Assembly: GCA_023246655.1 (NCBI GenBank)
Contig: JAHFHX010000002.1
Coordinates: forward strand, 31,693 to 95,692
DNA from: Candidatus Magasanikiibacteriota bacterium
GTDB lineage: Bacteria; Patescibacteriota; Patescibacteriia; Magasanikbacterales; GWA2-37-8
Direction: 5' to 3'
DNA: 64,000 nucleotides
Part shown: in pieces, positions 1-9,676 of the stretch
How the letters are laid out: each line of letters begins with the position of its first letter
Position numbering within the stretch: position 1 is the first letter of the stretch
Made by a program: the position numbers and the translations under genes
Notes under the pieces: model-generated
What the model saw: the letters and a program-made list of their open reading frames with translations, nothing else
What the model was told of the DNA's origin: nothing
Database searches by the model: none

Positions 1-921
1 CCACTGTTCTACCGACAGCTCTTGCGCCCGGACTGTTGGTAGGAGGGCAAGTTCATCGACTATTTTGAGGAATTGCGCTTTATTTTTCTTCCCGATGACT
101 GGTTCCAAGTTTTTGCTCAGGAGCTTTCTGCGTTGCGCAAATCCGGCTTTGACAATTTTAAAAAACATCTCGTCAAATTCTTTATTTTTTAATTTTTCTT
201 TTTTAATTTTTATTTTAATCACCGCTGAGTCAACCTGCGGCACGGGCCAGAATGAAGCCCGTGGGACGACTTGGATAATTTTCGCGTCAGTATAATATTG
301 GACGGCGACGGAGAGGAGTGACATATCCCCTGCCTTGGCGCAAATACGTTCGGCCACTTCTTTCTGAACCATAAGGACCATCTCGGTCGGCGGATTTTCT
401 AATTCCAAAAACAACCGGATGACGGGCGAGGTGATTTGATAGGGAAGGTTGGCGACGACTTTGTACCTTGTCATTGCGAGGAGTCCCGATTCGCATCGGG
501 ACGACGCGGCAATCCCGTTGCTTTCAGAATCAGTGTTGTTAAAAAAGTTAGTCCTTGAAACAGGGGGATTGCCACGTCGGTCGTTCCTCCCTCCTCGCAA
601 TGACATAAGTACGTTCCCCCACACAATTTCAATATTTCTATATTTCTCTATTTCTTTTATCTCTGTCCAATACGGCTGGAGTTTTTTCTCAATCTCAAAA
701 GCAATTACTTGTTTTACCTCCGGCGCGAGCACAGCGGTGAGTACGCCGAAACCCGGGCCAACTTCAACAACCATATCATCTTTTTTGAGTTCGGCCGCCG
801 CAACAATTGTCTCAATCACCTCTGGATCAATAAGATAATTCTGCCCATATTTTTTGCTGGGGTGGAGGTTGTATTTTTGGCAAAGGTGGAGGAGGTGAGT
901 GGGGTTGAAGAGGCTTGACAT
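1..921 (-). CDS. rsmA: 16S rRNA m6,2A dimethyltransferase RsmA/KsgA (3' end runs off window), with an in-frame palindromic insertion
   Basis: Manual translation from ATG at 921: KYGQNYL, VEVGPGFG, VVANLPY, QKEVAERI, C-terminal RAQELSVEQW; open to position 1. Confidence 0.95.
   Translation of the reverse strand, partial: MSSLFNPTHLLHLCQKYNLHPSKKYGQNYLIDPEVIETIVAAAELKKDDMVVEVGPGFGVLTAVLAPEVKQVIAFEIEKKLQPYWTEIKEIEKYRNIEIVWGNVLMSLRGGRNDRRGNPPVSRTNFFNNTDSESNGIAASSRCESGLLAMTRYKVVANLPYQITSPVIRLFLELENPPTEMVLMVQKEVAERICAKAGDMSLLSVAVQYYTDAKIIQVVPRASFWPVPQVDSAVIKIKIKKEKLKNKEFDEMFFKIVKAGFAQRRKLLSKNLEPVIGKKNKAQFLKIVDELALLPTVRAQELSVEQW
469..605. repeat. Family A palindromic element, in frame within rsmA
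   Basis: TGTCATTGCGAGGAG...GCAATCCC / GGGATTGC...CTCCTCGCAATGACA inverted arms. Confidence 0.95.
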
Positions 922-965
922 AACGAGCCAAAAGGATAGCACTATAAAAAAATAGAAGGATAATT

Positions 966-1334
966 TTATTTTTGTTTTAGCAACGAACCAATATACAAAT
1001 TCAATTGCATTTTTACTTCTTCATATTTTCTGATGAGGTCAGAACTTGATGCTTTTTCCATATATCCTCTACTCGCTGCGACAATAAGATGACTTTGCAA
1101 TTCTTGTAACTCACCGCGAGCAATATACAACACTCGAACTTTATCTGCATAATGAAATCGCCCATCAGCTTCTGCGAAATTAGCTAGCAAACTATTAGCC
1201 GACCGATTCATCTGGTCAACTAACCCGTATATTTCTGACTTGGGAAAAGTTTGTGACAGAATAAAAATTTTTTTCTGCAATTCATATGCTTTAAGCCACA
1301 GAGGAGCTTCATAAAATTTTTTATACCCTCGCAT
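966..1334 (-). CDS. Four-helix-bundle protein (23S rRNA IVS-protein/TIGR02436-like)
   Basis: FPKSEIYGLVDQMNRSANSLLANFAEADGR and YIARGELQE match the family pattern; flanked by inverted AAGGATA arrays. Confidence 0.9.
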   Translation of the reverse strand: MRGYKKFYEAPLWLKAYELQKKIFILSQTFPKSEIYGLVDQMNRSANSLLANFAEADGRFHYADKVRVLYIARGELQELQSHLIVAASRGYMEKASSSDLIRKYEEVKMQLNLYIGSLLKQK

Positions 1335-1365
1335 ATTTTTATCATCTTATCCTTCTATCCTTTTA

Positions 1366-2508
1366 TCATTCGCTTCGCAAACCAGCATCTGTATAACGAT
1401 TAGATGCATTCCACATCAGCCACCCTGCATCAGTATACTTTTCAATCGTTTCAATTTGCGCGCGAATTTTATCACCATCATAGACTGCACCAAGGTTAAA
1501 GGCTTGGATCCAAGGACGAACCTTGGCGCGTTTATCTTTAAATTGAGGCAGGCCAAGTTCTAAGCCATGTTCAAAAATTCGTGCAGGAAAATCAGCCGGA
1601 TTTTTGAGCCCCAGGTGACCGCGAGGATAATGAGATGGGTACATCATCGGGCACACATAATCCACCGTGTTAACAGCATCAACTAGACGCTGCCCAATAT
1701 TCATATCATTAGTGCCCTTGGTTTCCATCACCAAACCGAACATATCAAATGAAGTCCAAACCGGCACCGTGGCCATACTGGAACTAACGAAGTTATAAAA
1801 ATCATGCATAATGTGATGTTTTGGTTTTTGGCCATTGCTATATACCACTGCGCTCATATCCCCATCAGAGGGAAAACGAACATAATCAAAATTAATTTCA
1901 TCGAACCCTAGAGCCGCGACTTCTTTGGCAATGGCTATATTATATTGCCACACTTCTTTACGTGTAGCATCCACCCAGGACAGGCCTTTTTTATCGCGCC
2001 ACACTCCCCCACGCTTATCTTTAATTGCCCATTCGGGCCTAGCTGCTGCCAGTGCCGGATCCTGAAAAATGGTTTGACGGGCAATTGAATAAATTTTGTG
2101 TTCATGTAATTTTTTGACCAACGTTAGAACATTGCCTAGGCGATTGTCTTTGAGATGAAATTGATTGACCAACGGAAGGTGGGAGTCGTAAAGCACAAGA
2201 CCACTATAATCTTTGATATCGATAACGGCAGCGTTGAGTTCAGTTTTGTCGATTAGTTTGATAATTTCATCAAGCTTTTTTGGATTACCAGCAGAATAGG
2301 CGGTGAGATACAGACCTTTGACGGTTTGCTTGGGTGGTTTTTCTTTTTTGGCTCGACTAACTATTATTTCTCTATGGAGCAAGGATGCGTTAGCAGCCTC
2401 AAAGCCACCTTCTACGGCTTGCCATTGTTGCCACACAAAAAATCCTGCTGCTCCAGCTACGCTTATCACAAGCAACCAATTTAAGAGTTGAATAATTTTA
2501 GTATTCAT
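1366..2508 (-). CDS. Putative glycoside hydrolase (DUF4015-like), N-terminal membrane anchor
   Basis: ELNAAVIDIKD, GFDEINFDYVRFP, PMMYPSHY, RPWIQAF motifs; N-terminal TM. Confidence 0.85.
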   Translation of the reverse strand: MNTKIIQLLNWLLVISVAGAAGFFVWQQWQAVEGGFEAANASLLHREIIVSRAKKEKPPKQTVKGLYLTAYSAGNPKKLDEIIKLIDKTELNAAVIDIKDYSGLVLYDSHLPLVNQFHLKDNRLGNVLTLVKKLHEHKIYSIARQTIFQDPALAAARPEWAIKDKRGGVWRDKKGLSWVDATRKEVWQYNIAIAKEVAALGFDEINFDYVRFPSDGDMSAVVYSNGQKPKHHIMHDFYNFVSSSMATVPVWTSFDMFGLVMETKGTNDMNIGQRLVDAVNTVDYVCPMMYPSHYPRGHLGLKNPADFPARIFEHGLELGLPQFKDKRAKVRPWIQAFNLGAVYDGDKIRAQIETIEKYTDAGWLMWNASNRYTDAGLRSE

Positions 2509-2534
2509 ATTACTCCCTACTTCTTACTCACTAC

Positions 2535-3227
2535 TCACTGAACTACAACTTCTCCTTGTCTTATAATTTCTAACTTACTACTGACCGCACTTACAATCGT
2601 TGTTGGCTTGTGCCGAGGCAGTTCGCCATAATTCAAAATAATATCTGGTTGTACTTCCCTATTTTCAAATTGTGCAATAATCTCAGCTGCAGTATAGATA
2701 TCCCCCGTATCGGCAATATTCCCTGACGTTGCGACAAGTGGCCGACCCAATTTTTCGGTGATGGATTTGAGGAGCGGGTGGGCGGTGACACGGATGGCGA
2801 GGGTGTTGTCCTGGGAGACGACGCCGGCGACTAACGTGTCATTGCGAGGAGCCCGATTCGCATCGGGCGACGTGGCAATCCCCCTGCTTTCAGAGCCAAT
2901 TGCCATAACGGGGAGATTGCTTCGCTTCGCTCGCAATGACAGGTATTCCCCCACCACCGTCACCGCCCCCGGCCAATACTTACTCGCAATTTTCTCCAAG
3001 AGCTCATTCCACATCACATATCGCCTCGCCATCTCCACCGTGGGAACGACAACAAGCAGCGGTTTATTGTTCCGCCGGCCTTTGATCTTGAAGATTCTAT
3101 CAACAGCTTCTTGATTCGTGGCGTCACAACCCAAGCCGTAGGAAGTTTCGGTAGGGAAAACGAGAGTTTTGCCGTTAAGGAGCTCGGAGACGATTTGGGC
3201 AAGGTTACACTCGGTGATAATCTGCAT
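2535..3227 (-). CDS. tsaC: L-threonylcarbamoyladenylate synthase (Sua5/TsaC), with in-frame insertion
   Basis: FPTETSYGLG, KGR..NKPL, WPG, ATSGN motifs. Confidence 0.93.
   Translation of the reverse strand: MQIITECNLAQIVSELLNGKTLVFPTETSYGLGCDATNQEAVDRIFKIKGRRNNKPLLVVVPTVEMARRYVMWNELLEKIASKYWPGAVTVVGEYLSLRAKRSNLPVMAIGSESRGIATSPDANRAPRNDTLVAGVVSQDNTLAIRVTAHPLLKSITEKLGRPLVATSGNIADTGDIYTAAEIIAQFENREVQPDIILNYGELPRHKPTTIVSAVSSKLEIIRQGEVVVQ
2837..2941. repeat. Family A palindromic element, in frame within tsaC
   Basis: TGTCATTGCGAGG...CTCGCAATGACA, 105 bp. Confidence 0.95.
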
Positions 3228-3340
3228 AAAATTTTTAATTTACAATTTTCAATTTATACTGAATTTTCAATGTCTCAATTTTCATTGAAAATTAGTAAAT
3301 TGAATCATTGATTGAAAATTAAAAATTAGAAATTGAAAAT
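3228..3340. repeat. Inverted array of ~7-nt repeats (TTTTCAA / TTGAAAA), intergenic
   Basis: aattttcaat units followed by complementary attgaaaatt units. Confidence 0.75.
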
Positions 3341-4416
3341 TATTTTTTAATCCACCTCAAATACGCCTCGCACAATGGCATTAAGTCTCCTTCTAAAACT
3401 TCTTCTGGATTCGTGGCCTTGTATTCCATGCGATGATCATTAACCATGTGATACGGATGCAACACGTATGAGCGAATCTGGTTTCCCCATTCTGCAGACT
3501 TGTATTCGCCACGTAACTCTTGCCGTTCTTTCGCCATTTTTTCTTCTTCGAGACGATGTAATTTGGCTTTCAGAACTTTCATAGCGACTTCTTTGTTTTG
3601 GGTTTGCGAGCGTTCGTTTTGGCATTGGACGGTGAGGCCGGTGGGAATGTGGACGATGCGGACGGCCGAGTAAGTAGTGTTCACACTCTGCCCACCTTTA
3701 CCGCCACTCATAAAAGTATCAACTCTCAAATCTTCTGGCTTGATCTCAATTTTGATCTCATCACTAAGCTCGGGCAAAACTTCAATGAGTGCAAATGACG
3801 TGTGCCTCATCTTCTCCGCGTCAAACGGAGAAATGCGAACTAAACGATGTACGCCATGTTCAGATTTTAAATAACCAAAAGCATAGCGGCCTTTCACTTC
3901 AAACATCACAGATTTATAACCCGCTTCCTGCCCACGCGATTCGTCAATAATACGCGTTGACCAGCCTTGCTTTTCACAAAACCTCATTACCATTCGAAGC
4001 AACATCTCCGCCCAATCTTGGGCCTCGGTACCACCACTGCCAGCGTGGATAGCCACGATGGCGCTGTTTTTGTCGTATGGCCCATTAAGGAGAAGAAAAA
4101 ATTCGTAGTCGGTAAATTGCTTTTCCAATTCAGCAGTTTGTTTTTCAATTTCGGTAGTGAGCGATGCATCACCAGACTTATCTAGCTCAATTAACTCGTC
4201 TACTTGTTTGCTTAGAGCATCCCATTTTTCTACTTCACTTTTGATATCTTGATAATCCTGAGAAACTGTTTGCGCGTTTTCAGGATTACCCCAAAAATTG
4301 GGCTGGTTCATTTCATCCCCGAGCTGTTGTAATTTATTTCTTAAACTATCAATCTTGAGAAGCTGGGTTGTTTGTTGAATTTTCTCTTTTAATAAATTCA
4401 ATCGTTCAATCGTCAT
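3340..4416 (-). CDS. prfB: Peptide chain release factor 2
   Basis: SPF motif, GGQ motif, EWGNQIRSYV; continuous ORF. Confidence 0.97.
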   Translation of the reverse strand: MTIERLNLLKEKIQQTTQLLKIDSLRNKLQQLGDEMNQPNFWGNPENAQTVSQDYQDIKSEVEKWDALSKQVDELIELDKSGDASLTTEIEKQTAELEKQFTDYEFFLLLNGPYDKNSAIVAIHAGSGGTEAQDWAEMLLRMVMRFCEKQGWSTRIIDESRGQEAGYKSVMFEVKGRYAFGYLKSEHGVHRLVRISPFDAEKMRHTSFALIEVLPELSDEIKIEIKPEDLRVDTFMSGGKGGQSVNTTYSAVRIVHIPTGLTVQCQNERSQTQNKEVAMKVLKAKLHRLEEEKMAKERQELRGEYKSAEWGNQIRSYVLHPYHMVNDHRMEYKATNPEEVLEGDLMPLCEAYLRWIKK

Positions 4417-4471
4417 ATTATTATCAATTTACCAATTCCCTCTCCTCAAAGAGAGGGGGACCTTTGATAAT

Positions 4472-4957
4472 TCAAAAAATCCTCACCACCCCCACCGTCG
4501 CCAAAAGTACAATACTGTTTCCAATTACCACCCCCGCAAATAAATACGGTAGCGACTTGTGCATGGGGTAGCCGAGAATAAAGGCAATAAGAGAAGCCGA
4601 GAAAGCACCATTGACTGGTGAGGGAATACTCAAAAATAATAGGAGGCCGATGAGCCCATATTTTTCGTAGCGGGCGAATTTTTTTTGAGCATGATCAATG
4701 GACTTTATCCAACCGCGAGCGAAAAAATGGTCATGGGTGGAAATCCAATTATGAAATTTTTCGGCAAGGAGCGTAATTGCCACCACTGGAACCATATTCC
4801 CAAGCACCACCAACAAAAACGCTTCCCAGGCAGGAAGATGGAAACCAGCGATGGCAACTGGTAAAGCGAACCGTTCCACCAAGGGCAACGTAGCCATAAG
4901 AAGTGTGCCAATAACAGGCGGGAAAGTTTCCAAAAAATGAATGAGTGCTTGCAACAT
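4472..4957 (-). CDS. Small multidrug export family membrane protein (COG2426-like)
   Basis: TLPLVERFALPVA, LGNMVPV, KYGLIGLLLFLSIP; multiple TMs. Confidence 0.75.
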   Translation of the reverse strand: MLQALIHFLETFPPVIGTLLMATLPLVERFALPVAIAGFHLPAWEAFLLVVLGNMVPVVAITLLAEKFHNWISTHDHFFARGWIKSIDHAQKKFARYEKYGLIGLLLFLSIPSPVNGAFSASLIAFILGYPMHKSLPYLFAGVVIGNSIVLLATVGVVRIF

Positions 4958-5128
4958 ATTTGGTGTTTCGCACAGTATGATACTCCCTTTTTATTCCCTT
5001 GACAAATGGATTTTTTTATGCTAAATTTTTTAGTTGGTTTGCATTAATGTGGGAAAAAAGATGGCGACTTATCGCTTTCTCTTTCCCCACATTAAGCGCC
5101 ACATAACCGGCGCGATTAGGAGGGGTCC

Positions 5129-5935
5129 ATGGACGCACAACAGCAACTCCGCCGGAAATATGCCGGCAAAACGATCGTCGTAACAGGCGCCACGTCCGGC
5201 AACGGGCAGGCACTGGCCAACCTGCTGCTCGCCCTGGGAGCAGTGGTCATCGGCCTCGGACGGAACGTCGCCCGCCTCGCGGAGTTGGAATGCCGCGGAG
5301 GCATTCCGTACCAGCTCGACCTCAGCGACTTCGCGGCCATCGACGAATTCGTCACGTGGTTTGATTTGCATTATGAGCGATGCGATGGTCTCTTCCATCT
5401 GGCCGGGACGACGCTGGTGGGAGAGGCTGGTGCGGCTGAATTCCAGGCTTTCAAGGCAGCGGACCTGGATGGCCCCGTCCGCCTGGCGGAGGGGTTCTTA
5501 AGCACTATGAACCGCGGCGCAACTGTGGCGATGGTTTCGTCAATCGCCGCAGCTGTGCCCGAAGCGCATGGCCTCCGCCAGTATGCGGAGGTGAAAGGCG
5601 CTGTCGCGAGCTGGTGCGGGCAAAATCGCGCGCGGTTCACGGCGTCAGGCGCAAACCTGATGCTTATCGCAATGGGGGCGATCGCGACCAACGTTGGCCG
5701 CAGTGCCGGGTTGGGCGGCGCCTTTAACCGCGCAGCTGAAATGCTGCTGCCGCCCCCGGAGCGGTACTCGCCGCAAATTCTCAAGGACGCCGCCGCGGGC
5801 AAGCCTGCCAGCTTCCCCGGCCGCTTCGCAAGCCTGACCACCTACCAGAACGGCACCTGCCAAGTACGGGTCGGGCGCAAAGCGCTCGTTCTGGCACTCG
5901 AAGCAGGCGTTTGGTTCGCGCACCTCGGCAAGTAG
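5129..5935 (+). CDS. GC-rich short-chain dehydrogenase/reductase family protein
   Basis: TGATSGNG Rossmann motif, VSS, YAEVK (YxxxK); AGGAGG SD; upstream TTGACA promoter near 5000. Confidence 0.85.
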   Translation: MDAQQQLRRKYAGKTIVVTGATSGNGQALANLLLALGAVVIGLGRNVARLAELECRGGIPYQLDLSDFAAIDEFVTWFDLHYERCDGLFHLAGTTLVGEAGAAEFQAFKAADLDGPVRLAEGFLSTMNRGATVAMVSSIAAAVPEAHGLRQYAEVKGAVASWCGQNRARFTASGANLMLIAMGAIATNVGRSAGLGGAFNRAAEMLLPPPERYSPQILKDAAAGKPASFPGRFASLTTYQNGTCQVRVGRKALVLALEAGVWFAHLGK

Positions 5936-6039
5936 GCACCCACTTGCGCAAGCAACAAACCAGCCCACAATGTCCTTAACGCAAGATTAATTAAAAACTC
6001 TTGCTCTGAGGACAGGGCTGGTTTTTTGATCTAGATACC

Positions 6040-6069
6040 AAAATCCCCTCGCAACTACGAGGGGATTTT
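6040..6069. terminator. Bidirectional intrinsic terminator
   Basis: AAAATCCCCTCG-caacta-CGAGGGGATTTT between convergent ORFs. Confidence 0.75.
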
Positions 6070-6202
6070 ATTATTGTTTTTATCAGACCACCACAACTCT
6101 TGTCACAATCTAACTTGATCATGCTGAGAGTTGTGCGTGGTGGTCTGATTCCAGATTGCTCGCCCCCCGTCACTATTAACGGGGGGCACTGGTGCGGGCC
6201 GC

Positions 6203-6364
6203 CTAGCGGTGCGGCTGCGGGTGGTGGGTGGCGAACAGCCAACCCAACGCCGCCAGCCCGCCTACCGCCAACAGCCCGCCGGCCACGTTGTGGCCGGAAA
6301 GCCCCACGATGGGGCCGGACGCGGCGACGACCGCCGCGACCGTAATGCCAACGATGCGCTTCAT
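6203..6364 (-). CDS. GC-rich small two-TM membrane protein (53 aa)
   Basis: MKRIVGITVAAVVAA...; GGAGGAGG SD; TTGACA/TGCTATTCT promoter on minus strand near 6520-6547. Confidence 0.6.
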   Translation of the reverse strand: MKRIVGITVAAVVAASGPIVGLSGHNVAGGLLAVGGLAALGWLFATHHPQPHR

Positions 6365-6598
6365 GGGCACCTCCTCCCCCGCTTGCAAACAGCCTTTTGG
6401 CTGTATACCGCATAAGGAGGGGGGATCCCACACGGCAAGCAGAACATCTCTTAAAGATAGGCTACTTGCCGAGAAGGAATTACATTTAAAAAGAACTTAT
6501 TTTCTTTTATAACTATACAGAATAGCATAAAATTTTATTTTTGTCAAGTATTATTTACTCATTGAGTGATTTGTGTGGATAACTAATACCTTATATTA

Positions 6599-6658
6599 TT
6601 GACATAAAATGCGCTTTTACTTATACTTTAGCAAAGGTCGATGTAAAGTAAACTTTAC
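6599..6658 (+). promoter_or_regulatory. Sigma70 promoter plus palindromic operator GTAAAGTAAACTTTAC
   Basis: TTGACA(6599)-17-TATACT(6622); palindrome at 6643-6658. Confidence 0.8.
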
Positions 6659-6713
6659 TTTTTACTACCAAACCCTGGCACACAACCGTGCTTGGGTTTA
6701 AAAAATCACCTCT

Positions 6714-6980
6714 ATGATGAACAATGCCATGGGCGCTATGCCGATGATGGATGACGCCATGATGGTGGATATGATGAAAAAAAGCGGCATGCCGGCCGAC
6801 GACAAAATGATGATGGGCATGATGAAGGACATGATGATGGGTATGAACAAGATGACGATGCACATGAAGAAGAACTGCGGGATGAAGGATGAAGAGTGTA
6901 TGAAGTGCATGAATGCTTGCATGTCCATGATGATGGACCCCAAGATGATGGATGGAATGATGATGGACAAAACCATGTAA
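6714..6980 (+). CDS. Methionine-rich peptide (36 Met and 4 Cys in 88 aa)
   Basis: ORF between a canonical promoter/operator and a terminator; extreme ATG bias in this frame. Confidence 0.8.
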   Translation: MMNNAMGAMPMMDDAMMVDMMKKSGMPADDKMMMGMMKDMMMGMNKMTMHMKKNCGMKDEECMKCMNACMSMMMDPKMMDGMMMDKTM

Positions 6981-7016
6981 TATGGCGCGGCGTTTTGAGC
7001 CACGTTTTTTAACATC

Positions 7017-7046
7017 AAAAAATCCCGAGTGTGCTCGGGATTTTTG
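7017..7046. terminator. Intrinsic terminator
   Basis: AAAAATCCCGAG-tgtg-CTCGGGATTTTT. Confidence 0.8.
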
Positions 7047-7058
7047 TTTCTTTGATAA

Positions 7059-8406
7059 TTAATTGCGAGCGCGTTTTTGTGGATCACGAAATATGCCGGG
7101 TAACGCTACATCTGACGGGACTATATAATTCAAACGGTCAATAAATGCCTGCCATTGGTCTGGCGCTTGTTCGGCAAAGGCAGTGTTAAAGGCATTCTGT
7201 AACGCCGCTTGGACCTCGGGAGCAGTTCGGAATCTCTCCACCCGCTTACGAATCGATGACAAAATTTCAGATCCCTCGATATGATCGAATGGTTTCGATT
7301 TAAGTCTAGAAAATGCGCGCGCGTTATCAAACGCAGCCACTTCCCCATTAGGGGCAACGAGAAAATTTGACTCACTACGATCGCAATTTAATGTTACCGC
7401 ATCAAGTAACGCAATTTTTTGGAGATCTTCTTTCGTAGCTTGCTTTTCCCAATGGATTCGAAGTGCTCGGTCGCCCTCTTTAATCCTGCACGGAACCAAA
7501 ACCATCTGGCCCATCACGAACAATTGTGGGCGGCACAATGTCGAGCTGTAAGGCTTTATCAATCTGGTAAGTTAGCCATTCGGGAAAAACACTCGCGCCT
7601 CGCACATCTTTTTTAAAATCAAAATTTTCCCGTTCACGGCGCGCCGCCTTATATATCCCCGGAATATTTCTCCCCTCAAAAATAAGAAATTGCGGCAGAC
7701 TCGCGGTTGTTCCTAATGAACCAATTTTTCTTATTGTCCCACGAAGTTCTTGCTCTATCTTTGCCCGTAAACGTTCTCGCGGCACCCGATCTGGCCACGC
7801 GCGCTCAGTCGCTAACAATAATTCCTGCTCAATGGTACGCGTTTCGGCAACCAATTCAACCGCACCATCCTGTTCAAAGGCCTCCTCTTGGCCTCTGTGC
7901 TCTGCTAACGTTTTACCAATTGTATCGGTGGGGATATCAAATTCCCGAGCAATAAGTGTTTTTTCGGCACCAACGCTTCGCTCAAATATTTCACGGATTG
8001 CATCACTCGAAAATTGTAACCCTCTCATTACACGCACCAATATTGCTGGATTGCCTCGAGCAATGTCAAAGGCTAAGGCCTGTTTTTCTTCGTCACAAAA
8101 ATCAATTTGCGCGTGTTCCTGAAATTTAAAAAATAGCTCCAGATTTTCTCGAGCAATAGAGAGACCGACTGATAATTTTTCTACCGGGGAGAACCCCATC
8201 GCTTCCAAGGAGGCCGCAATTGCTGGCATCCGCTCGCACACTGCTTTTACAAGCAACAGTCGTTCCGCATCATATGGTTCTTTTTTGAGCGCGGCTTCGA
8301 GTGCGAGCGTAATAAGAGAAGATGGCGGCGTTTTTTGTTCCCTATCTTTTTTGTCTCTTCTAAAAAAACTATCAACCATCCAGGCTACACGTTCTCTAAT
8401 ATTCAT
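7059..8406 (-). pseudogene. PI3/4-kinase-like (HipA/PI4K-II fold) protein split by a frameshift near 7485
   Basis: Upstream ORF ends EWLTYQIDKALQLDIVPPTIVR..GSVQD*; overlapping frame continues LLDAVTLNCDRSESNFLV...AFDNARAF (catalytic DR..N and DN motifs). Confidence 0.7.
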
Positions 8407-8424
8407 ACTCGGACTATCCCGTTT

Positions 8425-8718
8425 CTAAATTAGCTTCGGAGAAGCTACGACGAAATCGTTTACAACCTCTTCTTCCTGTACCGGCGTTGCAAATAGGTAC
8501 GCATTGTGAAAATGCCGTGATATCGCCTGCAAAAATACTTCACCGTCTTTTGGCAACACAGGAAGAGCGTTATCTTGAGATATTCCTTTTTCTAAAAGAT
8601 TGACTACCAATTCCTCTCCGGAACAGCGAACGGATCCATTTTCAAAAATACACCGTGCAACCACAGTGCCGCTCCATACAATAGCATTGAAACTAATTAT
8701 GTCTACCCATTTAGTCAT
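8425..8718 (-). CDS. Hypothetical protein
   Basis: 97-aa ORF co-oriented with neighbours. Confidence 0.55.
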   Translation of the reverse strand: MTKWVDIISFNAIVWSGTVVARCIFENGSVRCSGEELVVNLLEKGISQDNALPVLPKDGEVFLQAISRHFHNAYLFATPVQEEEVVNDFVVASPKLI

Positions 8719-8823
8719 ACTTCTTCGTTAAAATTGGTTTGTCCTTTACTACTGATCTAACTGCTTAAAATGTTAACACGTTTCACCTTTGCCAACAAAT
8801 TCATTTGCATCAAAAACTCTCCG

Positions 8824-9243
8824 TCATGGAGAGCTTTTGATTACTTGTGTATCTTTTTTCTTAAAATCCAGCGACGCCGAATTGATGCAAAACCGTTGGC
8901 CGGTGGGTTTAGGGCCGTCGTCAAACACGTGGCCGAGGTGGCCGCCACACCGGTTGCACATTACTTCGGTCCTTATCATGCCGTAGGTTGTATCGGAATC
9001 CATCATCACATTCTCCTTGGCTACTGGAGCATAAAAGCTGGGCCAACCGGTGCCAGAATCAAATTTGGTATCGGAGGAGAATAGCTCATTGTCGCAAGCG
9101 GCGCAGACGTACATCCCGGCATCGTGGTTATCCCAGTACTTGCCGGTAAAGGCGGCTTCGGTGCCTTTCTCAAATAGTACGTGCTTTTGTTGTGCGGTGA
9201 GAGTAACCATTTTTTGTGAATTGATATTAGGAGATATTTTCAT
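8824..9243 (-). CDS. msrB: Peptide-methionine (R)-S-oxide reductase MsrB
   Basis: [27 protein letters not shown]; two CxxC Zn ligand pairs. Confidence 0.97.
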   Translation of the reverse strand: MKISPNINSQKMVTLTAQQKHVLFEKGTEAAFTGKYWDNHDAGMYVCAACDNELFSSDTKFDSGTGWPSFYAPVAKENVMMDSDTTYGMIRTEVMCNRCGGHLGHVFDDGPKPTGQRFCINSASLDFKKKDTQVIKSSP

Positions 9244-9286
9244 AGGACTATACTAAAACGGCGAGGCTGTTAGGATATTTTGTAGT

Positions 9287-9640
9287 TTAGTTTGGAATTT
9301 TTTTTACATAACCTTTCTTAAAATCCTCGATAAGGAATGACTTGGTTCCTTCGCCTTCATACACAACCCTCATGAGTTCATATGGAGTTTTGCCGAACGT
9401 GTTATAATCTAGCATAATAAAATCTTCTACCTCCCCCACTTTTCTTCCGTACTCTGTTTCAATTTCGACCCGATCACCTACTTTAAAACCAAGCTCGTTA
9501 AATTTCTGCTCCGCGGCCTTATTCGCTTCTTCGAATGATTTGTAATCTGGCAGCATTTCCCCCGCAAAAACTGCTCCATCATCACCAGGTGGGGGGGCGA
9601 CTCCTTTTTTACCTTCTTTGAAGAATCCAAACATATACAT
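9287..9640 (-). CDS. Hypothetical protein
   Basis: 117-aa ORF inside msr cluster. Confidence 0.6.
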   Translation of the reverse strand: MYMFGFFKEGKKGVAPPPGDDGAVFAGEMLPDYKSFEEANKAAEQKFNELGFKVGDRVEIETEYGRKVGEVEDFIMLDYNTFGKTPYELMRVVYEGEGTKSFLIEDFKKGYVKKIPN

Positions 9641-9676
9641 TTTTATATAATAAATCGAAACTTACATTATGAACGG

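Noticed and set aside
966-1334. Diversity-generating retroelement
   Set aside because: Only an Avd-related fold; no reverse transcriptase or TR/VR pair visible.
3340-4416. Programmed +1 frameshift in prfB
   Set aside because: The ORF is continuous and has no CTTTGA site at the usual position.
6621-7087. His-rich and Ile-rich minus-strand ORFs
   Set aside because: Antisense shadows of the ATG-rich gene; the promoter and operator favour the plus strand.
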